A DNA stretch of 55,010 nt from a bacterium (GTDB lineage: Bacteria; Cyanobacteriota; Vampirovibrionia; Gastranaerophilales; JBAXKC01), in assembly GCA_037137535.1 (NCBI GenBank), contig JBAXKC010000018.1:1-55010 (forward strand), given 5' to 3'. Under the pieces are notes generated by a model. That model had not been told where the DNA came from and made no database searches. It saw only the letters and a list, made by a program, of their open reading frames with translations. This document shows, in pieces, positions 1 to 9,300 of the stretch. Made by a program: the position numbers and the translations under genes. Positions within the stretch are counted from its first letter, which is position 1; each line of letters opens with the position of its first letter.

Positions 1-15
1 GAAACTCGTGGAGTA

Positions 16-327
16 CTAAGTTCTAATCGTTAGGAAAAACGGGGGCAGGTCAATAACAGTCAGCATATTTAAATACTTTATATTAGTTTTTCTCAATATC
101 CATAATGTTGTAAGTAATAAACTTGGAGTAAAACTAATTAAAAGGAAAATAGATCCTAGATTTTCATCTACTGGAGAATCTATCGCTGGAACAATAGAAA
201 CAAAACATAATAAAGTAAGTAACCCCAAAATTATCTCTAAAGGAAGAAGAATTATAGCTAACATTAATAAGTAGAGCTTAGGGTATTTGTTAACTATGTC
301 TCTAAGTTTTTCGAGTTTCTTATTCAT
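16..327 (-). CDS. hypothetical small membrane protein
   Basis: 103-aa ORF with two hydrophobic segments; AGGA-like RBS upstream; no recognisable family motif. Confidence 0.5.
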   Translation of the reverse strand: MNKKLEKLRDIVNKYPKLYLLMLAIILLPLEIILGLLTLLCFVSIVPAIDSPVDENLGSIFLLISFTPSLLLTTLWILRKTNIKYLNMLTVIDLPPFFLTIRT

Positions 328-447
328 TAATATATTTCCTATTTTTGACAGTGATGATTTTTAGTTCTTATTTTACCATATATCAATACTCCTAATTTAA
401 GTATTGTAGGGTTAAAAACCATGCTTCCCCTACAAACTACGCTGTCA

Positions 448-2931
448 TTATTTTACTCTTTTAAAAATAACAATACTTTGTTTTGGCATTTTTATTGTGG
501 ACTGTTCTCTTGAAATTTCGGTGTTTTCATTTAAGCAGGTATTATCACCTCCATATTTAGAGTTATTACTGTTTAAGATTTCTTTCCATTCACCGTCAGG
601 CATACTTTTTAGTTCAAAATTTTGTTTGTTATCATCGCTAAAATTCAGAACAGCCAGAATCTCATTACCATCTTGATAACGATGAATATGCATTATGTTA
701 TCCGGTTGATTATATTGATTTTTATATATATACGTTCTTAGATTTTCGCTGTTTCCGTTTGTAAGCGCAGGGTTTTCTTTATTTAGCTTTGCCATATCTT
801 TAGAGAAGTTCAGCATTTTAGTTTCAAGGTTTTTATCTTTATATTTATCCTGATTAAGTTTAGAGTCCTCTAGCGGTTCTTGACTTGTTACATTATACCC
901 AAATTCTGCACTTACTTTTTCGCTTGCAGGTATGCCGTCAAATTTTGCATCTTTCGGGTAATCAGCAAAGAATTTAAATGGAGCTAATTCTCCTCTTTGA
1001 TCACCCATAAACATCATTTTAGGCCCAGGATACATAAATAGAGTACCTAATGCTAATTTATTTTTTGATAGGGCAAGATTATAGGCTTTATTAAAGTCTT
1101 CTTTAGTAATGATATTTGTTATTCCTAAATCTTTTTGAAGATTTTCCCATTTTTTATCGTCATCTTTTCTTATATAAGATTTTACTAATTCATTTGTGAT
1201 AAAAAATGGTTTTTTATTAAAGTCAGCTGTGCTGTCTAGTTCATAGTCTTTGCTAAGTCCTAAATTGCGGGCAATGGCTTGGGTTATTAGCCTTGCGCCA
1301 TGTAAATAACTTATTTCGTCATGACAAGAATGATATCCTATCATTGTGTTTATAGGAGGTGTTTTAGGCTCAGGACCAACATAACCGTATGAACCTGATA
1401 TAAATTCTGATGCGAAGTTTGCAGTATCGGCTAATCCATTATTTTGTTTTTCAAATTCTTTAAATCCGTTTTTAAATTCAGCTTCAAGGTCATAAATGCT
1501 TGGAGTACAGTCAAAAATTTTCATTCCTGTTGTTAATGCCTGTATTGTGTGGGCAATGTCAAAATTCCATACAGCTCCTAAGCCTATATTAGCTCGTTTT
1601 ACAGGATCAGTTTGTGCCTCTTTTAATGTTTGTAGCGGATCTGCTTTTTCACTTTCAGTTAAAGGCGAAACGGTTCTTTTTGATTTTCTGTAGTCTTCAC
1701 CGATAAGTAAACAATTTTTACTTTCAGAATGATTTCTTATTTCTGAAGCTATTAGTTTTAATGTGCTGTCTGAGCCTAAAGAGTGAACCGCATCAAGTCT
1801 TAATCCGTCGCAATGATAATTAATTAACCAATTCATTGCGCAGTCAACCATATAGTTTCTCATGTAATTATCGTTATCGTCTTGAAAGTTTAAGCATTTG
1901 CCCCATGGTAAATTTTCGTTGCTGAATGATTTTCCGTATTTATCCGTGACATCTCCAAACGGTCCAAAGTGATTTGGAACTATATCTAATATTACATTGA
2001 TTCCTTTTTGGTGTGCATAATCTATTAATTCTTTTAATTCATCAGGGTTTCCATAAGAGCTTTGAGGTGCAAACTTTGCTACTTCATCATAGCCCCAGTT
2101 TTTATTTCCGTAAAATTCACCGCTTGGCATGATTTCAATAGAATTACAAATACCTTCTTCCGCTAATTTATCAATTTCTTTTTTTGCATTTTTATAGCCG
2201 CCTAATAAGCCTATATGAATTTCTTCTATAGTAGTTTCGGGGGGGATTCCGTATTCATCTTTCTCTCCTTTATGAATTAAGCGTTTATTTCCGTTTATTT
2301 CTTTTCCGTTTTTCCAGTCTTCATCGTTCCATTTAAAAGATTTATGGTCAACTATTTCTGACCAGCCATAAACTCCACTTGGAAGATAAGCGGATCTCGG
2401 GTCATTTTGTTTTTGAAATTTATGTTCTTCATCAAAGAATACATATCTATATCTGCTTCCTGACGGTATTTCATTAGCTTTTACTTCAAAAACACCTTTT
2501 TGAACTTCTTTCATTGGTATAATTCTTGATTGGTTTCCGTTTCCTGCTTTTGCGCTCCATTCTTCTCCTTTTGCATATTCAGGTAAAAATGGTTGATCTT
2601 CATCATATAGAGGAGGGCTGTTTTTGTCTCTTATTTCCACCCATATTTTTTTTGCTTTAGGAGCATCAACTTTAAATTTTACTGTGTCATCACCAAGATA
2701 TTGTGCGCCATATCCTAAATGTTCATCTATATGTCTGCCAAATGAAATTTTTGGTTTTATTATATGGTAGGCTTGTAGATTAATTGAAGAAAAAGTTTTT
2801 TGGCTTTCAATCGTTTTATTGTGAGAATAGTTATCAGCTTTAAAGTTTATTTTTTCAGCTTGTTTGTTTTGAGTCTTATTAACTTGAGTTTTGTTGATTT
2901 TAAAGCCTGTTTGATTTAAACGATAATCCAC
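448..2931 (-). CDS. GH13 alpha-amylase-family enzyme (malto-oligosyltrehalose trehalohydrolase TreZ / branching enzyme-like) with ~65-aa N-terminal extension
   Basis: CBM48-like start (GAQYLGDDTVKFKVDAP), DPRS, NWGYD, VILDIVPNH, catalytic GLRLDAVH, IGED, HDE, MMFMGD, C-terminal beta domain; GTG start after AAGGAG. Confidence 0.85.
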   Translation of the reverse strand: MDYRLNQTGFKINKTQVNKTQNKQAEKINFKADNYSHNKTIESQKTFSSINLQAYHIIKPKISFGRHIDEHLGYGAQYLGDDTVKFKVDAPKAKKIWVEIRDKNSPPLYDEDQPFLPEYAKGEEWSAKAGNGNQSRIIPMKEVQKGVFEVKANEIPSGSRYRYVFFDEEHKFQKQNDPRSAYLPSGVYGWSEIVDHKSFKWNDEDWKNGKEINGNKRLIHKGEKDEYGIPPETTIEEIHIGLLGGYKNAKKEIDKLAEEGICNSIEIMPSGEFYGNKNWGYDEVAKFAPQSSYGNPDELKELIDYAHQKGINVILDIVPNHFGPFGDVTDKYGKSFSNENLPWGKCLNFQDDNDNYMRNYMVDCAMNWLINYHCDGLRLDAVHSLGSDSTLKLIASEIRNHSESKNCLLIGEDYRKSKRTVSPLTESEKADPLQTLKEAQTDPVKRANIGLGAVWNFDIAHTIQALTTGMKIFDCTPSIYDLEAEFKNGFKEFEKQNNGLADTANFASEFISGSYGYVGPEPKTPPINTMIGYHSCHDEISYLHGARLITQAIARNLGLSKDYELDSTADFNKKPFFITNELVKSYIRKDDDKKWENLQKDLGITNIITKEDFNKAYNLALSKNKLALGTLFMYPGPKMMFMGDQRGELAPFKFFADYPKDAKFDGIPASEKVSAEFGYNVTSQEPLEDSKLNQDKYKDKNLETKMLNFSKDMAKLNKENPALTNGNSENLRTYIYKNQYNQPDNIMHIHRYQDGNEILAVLNFSDDNKQNFELKSMPDGEWKEILNSNNSKYGGDNTCLNENTEISREQSTIKMPKQSIVIFKRVK

Positions 2932-3202
2932 TTTGCATTCTCCTTTAGTATGTTTTTAAAAACAATTTTCAGGATGAAAAAATGCTATTTTGCTTTACTT
3001 TTATTGCAAATGTTAATTATTATTTTAATAGCTATTTGAATTGAAGTAGTTTGATTTATGACTATTTATAATTGATAATCTTTTCTATAGATTAAAAAAA
3101 TTCAGATGGAGTTTAATGGAAAATTTTATCTGATTTTAATAAATAACAAGGAATAAATAAAATGCTTTAAATTCATTAATCATTTACGAATATATAGATA
3201 AG

Positions 3203-4189
3203 TCATTTAAATCGTTTTGATAATTCATAAGTTAATATTGAGCCTGTTAATATAAAAATAAATCCAATACTTATATATAAATAGTTAAAAGGTAAATTTA
3301 TCCTATTTGCAAAGTTATAAAATGAGAATAAAAATAGCATATGTGATAAATATATTGAATATGACGCGTTTGATATATAGTTAATAATTTTGTTGTTAGG
3401 TAAATCATTAATAATAAAAGATAAAAAACATATTATGGAAAAAATTAAAATCGTAAATCTTGTGGAAAAGGTCGATGTATCTAGTGACATGCTGTTAGAA
3501 ATATAATGGTATGATTCTATGGGTAGAATTGTTAGCGATAGTATTAATATTGAGTTAATCAATAATTTCCGATTGACGAAAAAGTCTGCGATTGTCTCCA
3601 GTTTATTTGCAATATAAACACCAAATGTAAAATAAAAACTCCATATTAAAAAAAACTTATGGCTTAAAATCAAGGAAAATGGGCCGATTACATTGAAATG
3701 AGTTTTTATTATCAACAAAATTGAGTTAAGTATTAATATTGGAATTAAAAGGGGTAAAGTTTTTACTTTTTTTAAAATTGGAAATAATAAATAAAATTGA
3801 AAAATTAACGGCACAAAATAAAGATGTCTGGCTGATTCCCCCGAAAGAGTATTGTTTATAGATGAGAATAAGTTGAAATTTATTTTGCCGAAATATATTT
3901 GAATTAAATAATAAATAAATGACCATAATAAAAATAAGGGAATAGTTTTTTTTGCTCTCGAATAAATGAAGGTTAAATAATTGTTTTCATTTTTATTGTT
4001 TAACGACAATAAAATCCCTGAAATTATAATAAACACAGGTACTGCAAATCGTGACCATTGATTTAATGTCATAAGCTCAATATTAATTGGTGAATTTATA
4101 AACATTCCCGACGAGGTTAAATGAATTAAAATAACTCCAATTATTGCAAAAGCTCTTGCCCAATCTAATTTATTAATTCTTTTATCCAA
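3203..4189 (-). CDS. acyltransferase family 3 (membrane-bound O-acyltransferase)
   Basis: LDWARAFAIIGVILIH, RFAVPVFIIISG, HLYFV, SYSIYLSH motifs; about 10 TM segments. Confidence 0.88.
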   Translation of the reverse strand: MDKRINKLDWARAFAIIGVILIHLTSSGMFINSPINIELMTLNQWSRFAVPVFIIISGILLSLNNKNENNYLTFIYSRAKKTIPLFLLWSFIYYLIQIYFGKINFNLFSSINNTLSGESARHLYFVPLIFQFYLLFPILKKVKTLPLLIPILILNSILLIIKTHFNVIGPFSLILSHKFFLIWSFYFTFGVYIANKLETIADFFVNRKLLINSILILSLTILPIESYHYISNSMSLDTSTFSTRFTILIFSIICFLSFIINDLPNNKIINYISNASYSIYLSHMLFLFSFYNFANRINLPFNYLYISIGFIFILTGSILTYELSKRFK

Positions 4190-4204
4190 GTTTTATATAC
4201 CTTG

Positions 4205-5176
4205 TTAATAACGTCTGTTTTGTTCCCAAAACCATGCAGTTTTTATTATAGCTTCAATATTATCATATTTAGGCTTCCAGCCTAACACATTAACAGCTTT
4301 GTCATTATCTGCCACCAGCTTTGGAGGATCACCGATACGTCTTTGTTCTATTTCTGTTTTGATTGTTTTTTGTGTTATTTTTTCTGTGGCATTTATTATT
4401 TCTTTTACCGAATATCCATTTCCTGTTCCGAGGTTAAAATAATCAGAATCAGAGCCTGCCATCAGTTTTTCTAATGCCAATTTATGAGCTTCTGCAAGGT
4501 CGCTGACATGAATATAATCTCTTATGCAAGTACCATCAGGTGTTTCATAATCATCACCGAATATTTTTATACTTTCTCTTTGCCCTGCTGCTACCTGTAA
4601 AACTAATGGAATTAAGTGCGTTTCAGGGCTGTGGCTTTCACCTATTTGCCCGTCCTTATCAGCTCCTGAAGCATTAAAATAGCGTAAAGCCATATATTTT
4701 AAGCCGTAAGCCTCGTCATAATCTTTTAAAATCTGCTCAATCATGAGCTTAGTTTTGCCATAAACATTTATAGGGCTTTGTGGGTGTTTTTCATCAATAG
4801 GAACATATTGAGGATTTCCATAAGTTGCACAGGTTGAAGAAAAAACTATTTTCTTTACGTCTGCTTCGAGCATTGCATTTAACAGATTCAGCGTGCTTAC
4901 AACATTGTTATAATAATACTTTTGAGGGTTAGTTGCTGATTCTCCCACATAACAGCTTGCCGCAAAATGAATAACAGCTTCAATTTTATATTTTTTAAAA
5001 ACTTCTTTTATTTCACTTATATTTGCAAGATCGACATAATGAAAATGTTCTGAAAGAATAGCCTCTTTATGTCCTTCTGACAGGTTATCGCCAACTAATA
5101 CATCATAGCCTGCTCTTATAAGCTCAATTCCACAATGGCTGCCGATATAACCTGCTCCGCCAGTTATTAAAATCAT
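4205..5176 (-). CDS. galE: UDP-glucose 4-epimerase
   Basis: ITGGAGYIGSH, HFAA, FSSTCATYG, YGKTK (YxxxK), LRYFNA, TPDGTCIRDYIHVSDLA. Confidence 0.95.
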   Translation of the reverse strand: MILITGGAGYIGSHCGIELIRAGYDVLVGDNLSEGHKEAILSEHFHYVDLANISEIKEVFKKYKIEAVIHFAASCYVGESATNPQKYYYNNVVSTLNLLNAMLEADVKKIVFSSTCATYGNPQYVPIDEKHPQSPINVYGKTKLMIEQILKDYDEAYGLKYMALRYFNASGADKDGQIGESHSPETHLIPLVLQVAAGQRESIKIFGDDYETPDGTCIRDYIHVSDLAEAHKLALEKLMAGSDSDYFNLGTGNGYSVKEIINATEKITQKTIKTEIEQRRIGDPPKLVADNDKAVNVLGWKPKYDNIEAIIKTAWFWEQNRRY

Positions 5177-5181
5177 TATAT

Positions 5182-6588
5182 TTAATCCTCTTTTTGTGCT
5201 TTTTCATTTATAGTTTGTGGAATCATTCTTTCTATCATTTGTTTGATATATTCATTTTCAGAAGAAGCTTCTTTTTTTTGGATTTCTCTGGTAATAACTC
5301 CAAGTAATGAAATTTGATGTTCCTTAAATATATTTTTTAATTGCTTTAGTGTTGATTTTTGAATATTAAGTCCCGTAATTAAAATTAATCCGTCTATAGA
5401 TGAGCCTATTGTTATAGCATCAGGAACTGCAAGAATGGGAGGTGTATCTATTAAAACGAAATCATACCGTTTTTTAAGTTCTTTAATAAGATAATTAAAG
5501 GCAGGTGAAAATAAATATTGGCTTGGGTCTGTAATGGTATTGTTTCCTGTTAATACATATAAATTAGGAGTAGAGGGTACTTTTTGAATAAAAGGATATA
5601 TGTATTTAGGATCAAATTCGCTATCATTTGTTATTGAATCAGTTATAACTGATAATAAACTTTTTATATGGAATTTTTCATCACCTGCTAATCCAAATTC
5701 TGTATGAATTGAGGGTGTTCTTAAATCAGCATCTATAACAATAACTGACCTTCCACCTTTATTTAAGCTCATTGCTATATTTTGAAGGATGGTAGATCGG
5801 TTCTTTGAGTATTCAGCTGATGTAAAAGCAATTGCTTTTGATTTTTTATTTGCAGAGTGTATTTTTAAACTTGTTATTATTTTCTGATAAGCTAAAGCAT
5901 AAAAAGAAGCTAAACTATTTTCAATTACTAAAGAATTAGGGGCTTTATAGGTATCTTTATCAAGCCACGGAATAGTGCCTAATACAGGAGCTTTAATAAT
6001 ATTTTGGAGTTCAAGAATATCAGCGCATGTATCATTTAATAAGTTTTTAATAGTTATACATATCCACCCAAGCAAGGCACTAAGCAGTAAAAAATTTAAA
6101 ATATAATTTAATTTAATCAGTCTGTTTAATTTATTTATAGTATTTGGTTTTTCAATAACGGTAATTTCTGATCTGTTAAAATTATGTTTTTTATATTCGT
6201 TAATTATCTCATTTGCTATTGATAATGAGATTTTAGGATTTTTCCAGTAACTTCTTATTACGATAATATTAGAATTATTGAGATTATCAACTATTACTGA
6301 CTGCTCGAGTTTTTTCATTCCTATTTTGTCGGATAATTTTATTTTGTAATTGTTTTTTATAGAGTTCCAAACATTCATCCTCAAATCATTTGAATTAATA
6401 ATATTAATGTCATTAACTAAAGAATTTGAAGATTTAACTAAAAGCTTTGAAACAGTTTCATAGCTGGGCTTGTAGAATTTATCCGTATAAATTAAGCCGC
6501 AGATTAAGCCTGTGATTAAAAAAATCCCAAATGTTTTTTTATTTTTGTATAGTGGATTAAGAGTTGTTTTTAAGAATGACTTATTCAA
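5182..6588 (-). CDS. Wzz/Wzc-like polysaccharide co-polymerase with degenerate BY-kinase domain
   Basis: two TM segments around a periplasmic region; PVLGTIP; Walker A' VIDADLR and Walker B LIDTPP; Walker A degenerate. Confidence 0.8.
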   Translation of the reverse strand: MNKSFLKTTLNPLYKNKKTFGIFLITGLICGLIYTDKFYKPSYETVSKLLVKSSNSLVNDINIINSNDLRMNVWNSIKNNYKIKLSDKIGMKKLEQSVIVDNLNNSNIIVIRSYWKNPKISLSIANEIINEYKKHNFNRSEITVIEKPNTINKLNRLIKLNYILNFLLLSALLGWICITIKNLLNDTCADILELQNIIKAPVLGTIPWLDKDTYKAPNSLVIENSLASFYALAYQKIITSLKIHSANKKSKAIAFTSAEYSKNRSTILQNIAMSLNKGGRSVIVIDADLRTPSIHTEFGLAGDEKFHIKSLLSVITDSITNDSEFDPKYIYPFIQKVPSTPNLYVLTGNNTITDPSQYLFSPAFNYLIKELKKRYDFVLIDTPPILAVPDAITIGSSIDGLILITGLNIQKSTLKQLKNIFKEHQISLLGVITREIQKKEASSENEYIKQMIERMIPQTINEKAQKED

Positions 6589-6663
6589 GGTAATGCCTAC
6601 TTTTCTATATTAATGCCTATAATTAACAAATGTATTTTAATACAAAAATGCGACTCTGATAAA

Positions 6664-7407
6664 TCAGGCCGCATCTTTTCCGAATAAAACCACAGGTATT
6701 GTTTTTAGCAGTAATTTAAAGTCTAAAAGAATATTCCATTGATTAACATAATCATATTCCAGTTTTACTACCTGATCAAATTCTTTTATCGTTGATCTTC
6801 CGCTAACCTGCCACATTCCCGTAAGTCCCGGTTTTGCCGCAAATCTTAGATAATGCCAATCGTCATATAAATCAACTTCTCTTTGTAATGGAGGCCTAAA
6901 TCCTACAAGACTCATTTCTCCTTTTAGTACGTTGATTAATTGAGGAAGTTCGTCAATGCTGTATTTTCTTATGAATTTACCTACTTTTGTAACTCTCGGG
7001 TCATTAAACATTTTGAACATTTTATTATTAGTTTGATTTTGTTCTTGGAGTTTTTCTAACATTTTTTCTGCATCAACATGCATACTGCGGAATTTATACA
7101 TATAAAATTCTTTGCCATATCGACCTATTCTTTTTTGTTTGAATAAAATAGGACCTTTAGATTCAAGTTTAATCGCTAGAATTACTGCTAAAATAATTGG
7201 AGAAATAGCTAAAAGCCCTGCGAGAGTGGCTGAAAAATCAAATATGGTTTTAATTTTAGACTGAATAGGCTTTCTTTTTTCCAGGCTAAAATTTCTTGAA
7301 ATCCAATAAGGATTACATTTTAGAATAGAATCATCTCCTAAAGAACAATCTTCTTTTAAAGTGAAAGGAAAGTTAAAAACTAATTTTTCTGTTAATACTG
7401 CACTCAT
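6664..7407 (-). CDS. priming glycosyltransferase (WbaP/CpsE-type phosphoglycosyl transferase)
   Basis: FKQKRIG, MYKFRSM, DPRVTKVGKFIRKYSIDELPQL, GEMSLVG, KPGLTGMWQVSGR. Confidence 0.93.
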   Translation of the reverse strand: MSAVLTEKLVFNFPFTLKEDCSLGDDSILKCNPYWISRNFSLEKRKPIQSKIKTIFDFSATLAGLLAISPIILAVILAIKLESKGPILFKQKRIGRYGKEFYMYKFRSMHVDAEKMLEKLQEQNQTNNKMFKMFNDPRVTKVGKFIRKYSIDELPQLINVLKGEMSLVGFRPPLQREVDLYDDWHYLRFAAKPGLTGMWQVSGRSTIKEFDQVVKLEYDYVNQWNILLDFKLLLKTIPVVLFGKDAA

Positions 7408-7894
7408 TAAGTAATTCCATCTGATTAATAATATACACTTCTATAAACTTAAAATTAATAAAATTATTGCTTATTTTCTTTATTAATTTACCAAAAATTT
7501 ACAAAAAATTGCTTTTTCTACTTTACGAACCTTATTTGCATTATAGCAAAAATATATAGTTGTGGCGTATAAGCCCGTATAACTTTATTTGTTTAATTGT
7601 GGATATATCAACTATAATTGGCTTTTTACATTAAATAAAATTTTTATATTCTTTACAATGTAAAATTCACCAAATAAAGGAGGCAAGAAGTATATTAGAA
7701 AATTAATTTCCTTGTATTTATATTGCTTTTAGTCTTATTTGTTTATTATTTAAAGGTGTTCAATTCGTTTTGTTTTTGTAATTATGCTATTTTATTGGTA
7801 AATAAAAAACTTTTATGTTGATTTTTTTGCTTATAGTAAAATAATCATTATTTAATAAAATATATTAATCAATCTGATTATTTAAGAGGGAATT

Positions 7895-8002
7895 ATGGAA
7901 TTTTTCAGAAAACATAAAAAACTTATAATCACATTTGTTTTTTTTACATTTATGTTTTGGACTGTTGCACTAGGCATATTGCCTTTTATTTCTAAATTTT
8001 AG
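7895..8002 (+). CDS. 35-aa single-pass membrane small protein (not in ORF track)
   Basis: MEFFRKHKKLIITFVFFTFMFWTVALGILPFISKF*; GAGGG RBS at 7886-7890; stops 23 nt before the M23 gene. Confidence 0.65.
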   Translation: MEFFRKHKKLIITFVFFTFMFWTVALGILPFISKF

Positions 8003-8025
8003 CCAAATAATAAGTGAGAAGTTAG

Positions 8026-9207
8026 ATGAATTATCAGTTTAAACGTTCAGGTTTGTGCACACTCTTATTTTTAATAATATTTTCAATGTCTGTTTTCAGT
8101 TCTGATGTTGGTTTGTCTGTTGCTGCAGCAACAACTAAGCAAGTACATACAAGTATTCTCAAGCAAAAGAAAAAGACAATTGAGATTAAAAAAAAGCAAA
8201 CACATGCAAAAATTGTTGAACTAAAGAAAAAAGAACATATTGAAATTACAAAACTTTCTAATACTCAGGTTAATCTTGAGAAAACAGAAACTGATATCGA
8301 AAAATGTCAAAATAATATTACTAATATTAAGAATAAATTATATAAGCTTCAGACTAGGATTAATTCTATAACAAAAGAATACGACCATACTATTTATCTT
8401 GCGGGTCAAAGGTTAAGACAGATATATAAGGGTGAAAGAATTACGATTCTTCATATGATCATGTCAACTAGAGATATAAGTTCTTTCTTTGACAGGTTAT
8501 ATTTTCAAAAAAGACTAGCAGTATATGATAAAAATCTTTTAAGTGAATTAAGAGATAAAACGCATGAACTTTATGCGGCAAAAAGTAATGTTGAAGTTCA
8601 AAAAAGAAATTATCTCACCGCAATAGAGGAAATGAACAGCAAAAAAAGACTTTTAGCTGATAGTATTGAGACAAGTCAGGATTTAATCAGTAAACTGAGA
8701 TCCGATAGATCAACTTATGAAAAAGCTGAAAACGATTTAGAAAGTCAGTCGGCTTCTATTGAACAGCAACTTAGAAGTTCTATGGGTTCTGTAAAGTATA
8801 AAGGTGTGGTAACTGGCGGATTTTTAAAGCCAATCGCAGGAATATTAACTTCTCCATACGGTCCGAGAAGACATCCGATTTTTGGTACAAGATCTTTTCA
8901 TCGAGGTGTTGATCTTGCTGCAGGATACGGAGCACCTGTTAAAGCGTCAAATTCTGGTGTTGTTATATTTACAGGCTGGTATGGCGGATATGGTAAAGTT
9001 GTAATTATTAATCACGGTAACGTTAAAGGTCGTTCTACTTCAACCTTGTATGCTCATTTAAGCAGCTTCTCTACCTCGGCAGGGCAAAAGGTTTCAAAAG
9101 GTGAAGTTATTGCTCGTGAAGGAACCACCGGTTATAGTACAGGGCCTCATTTGCACTTTGAAGTTAGATTGGACGGATCAACTACTAATCCGTTAGGTTT
9201 TATTTAA
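8026..9207 (+). CDS. coiled-coil + M23 peptidase (EnvC/MepM-like murein hydrolase or activator)
   Basis: signal peptide, long coiled coil, C-terminal M23 with HRGVD and HLH zinc motifs, GYGKVVII, STGPHLHFEVR. Confidence 0.9.
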   Translation: MNYQFKRSGLCTLLFLIIFSMSVFSSDVGLSVAAATTKQVHTSILKQKKKTIEIKKKQTHAKIVELKKKEHIEITKLSNTQVNLEKTETDIEKCQNNITNIKNKLYKLQTRINSITKEYDHTIYLAGQRLRQIYKGERITILHMIMSTRDISSFFDRLYFQKRLAVYDKNLLSELRDKTHELYAAKSNVEVQKRNYLTAIEEMNSKKRLLADSIETSQDLISKLRSDRSTYEKAENDLESQSASIEQQLRSSMGSVKYKGVVTGGFLKPIAGILTSPYGPRRHPIFGTRSFHRGVDLAAGYGAPVKASNSGVVIFTGWYGGYGKVVIINHGNVKGRSTSTLYAHLSSFSTSAGQKVSKGEVIAREGTTGYSTGPHLHFEVRLDGSTTNPLGFI

Positions 9208-9300
9208 TAGACAACAATTTGTAAAGCTACTTCATATATTTTATTGACTTCGAGTATCTTGTTTAGAATAATAATGAATGAAGTCTTAAAAAAGGTTATT

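Noticed and set aside
404-435. TTGTAGGG/CCCTACAA inverted repeat resembling a GTAG-type REP element
   Set aside because: Single copy seen, 8-bp stem, no RAYT transposase; adequately explained as a 3' hairpin of the GH13 gene.
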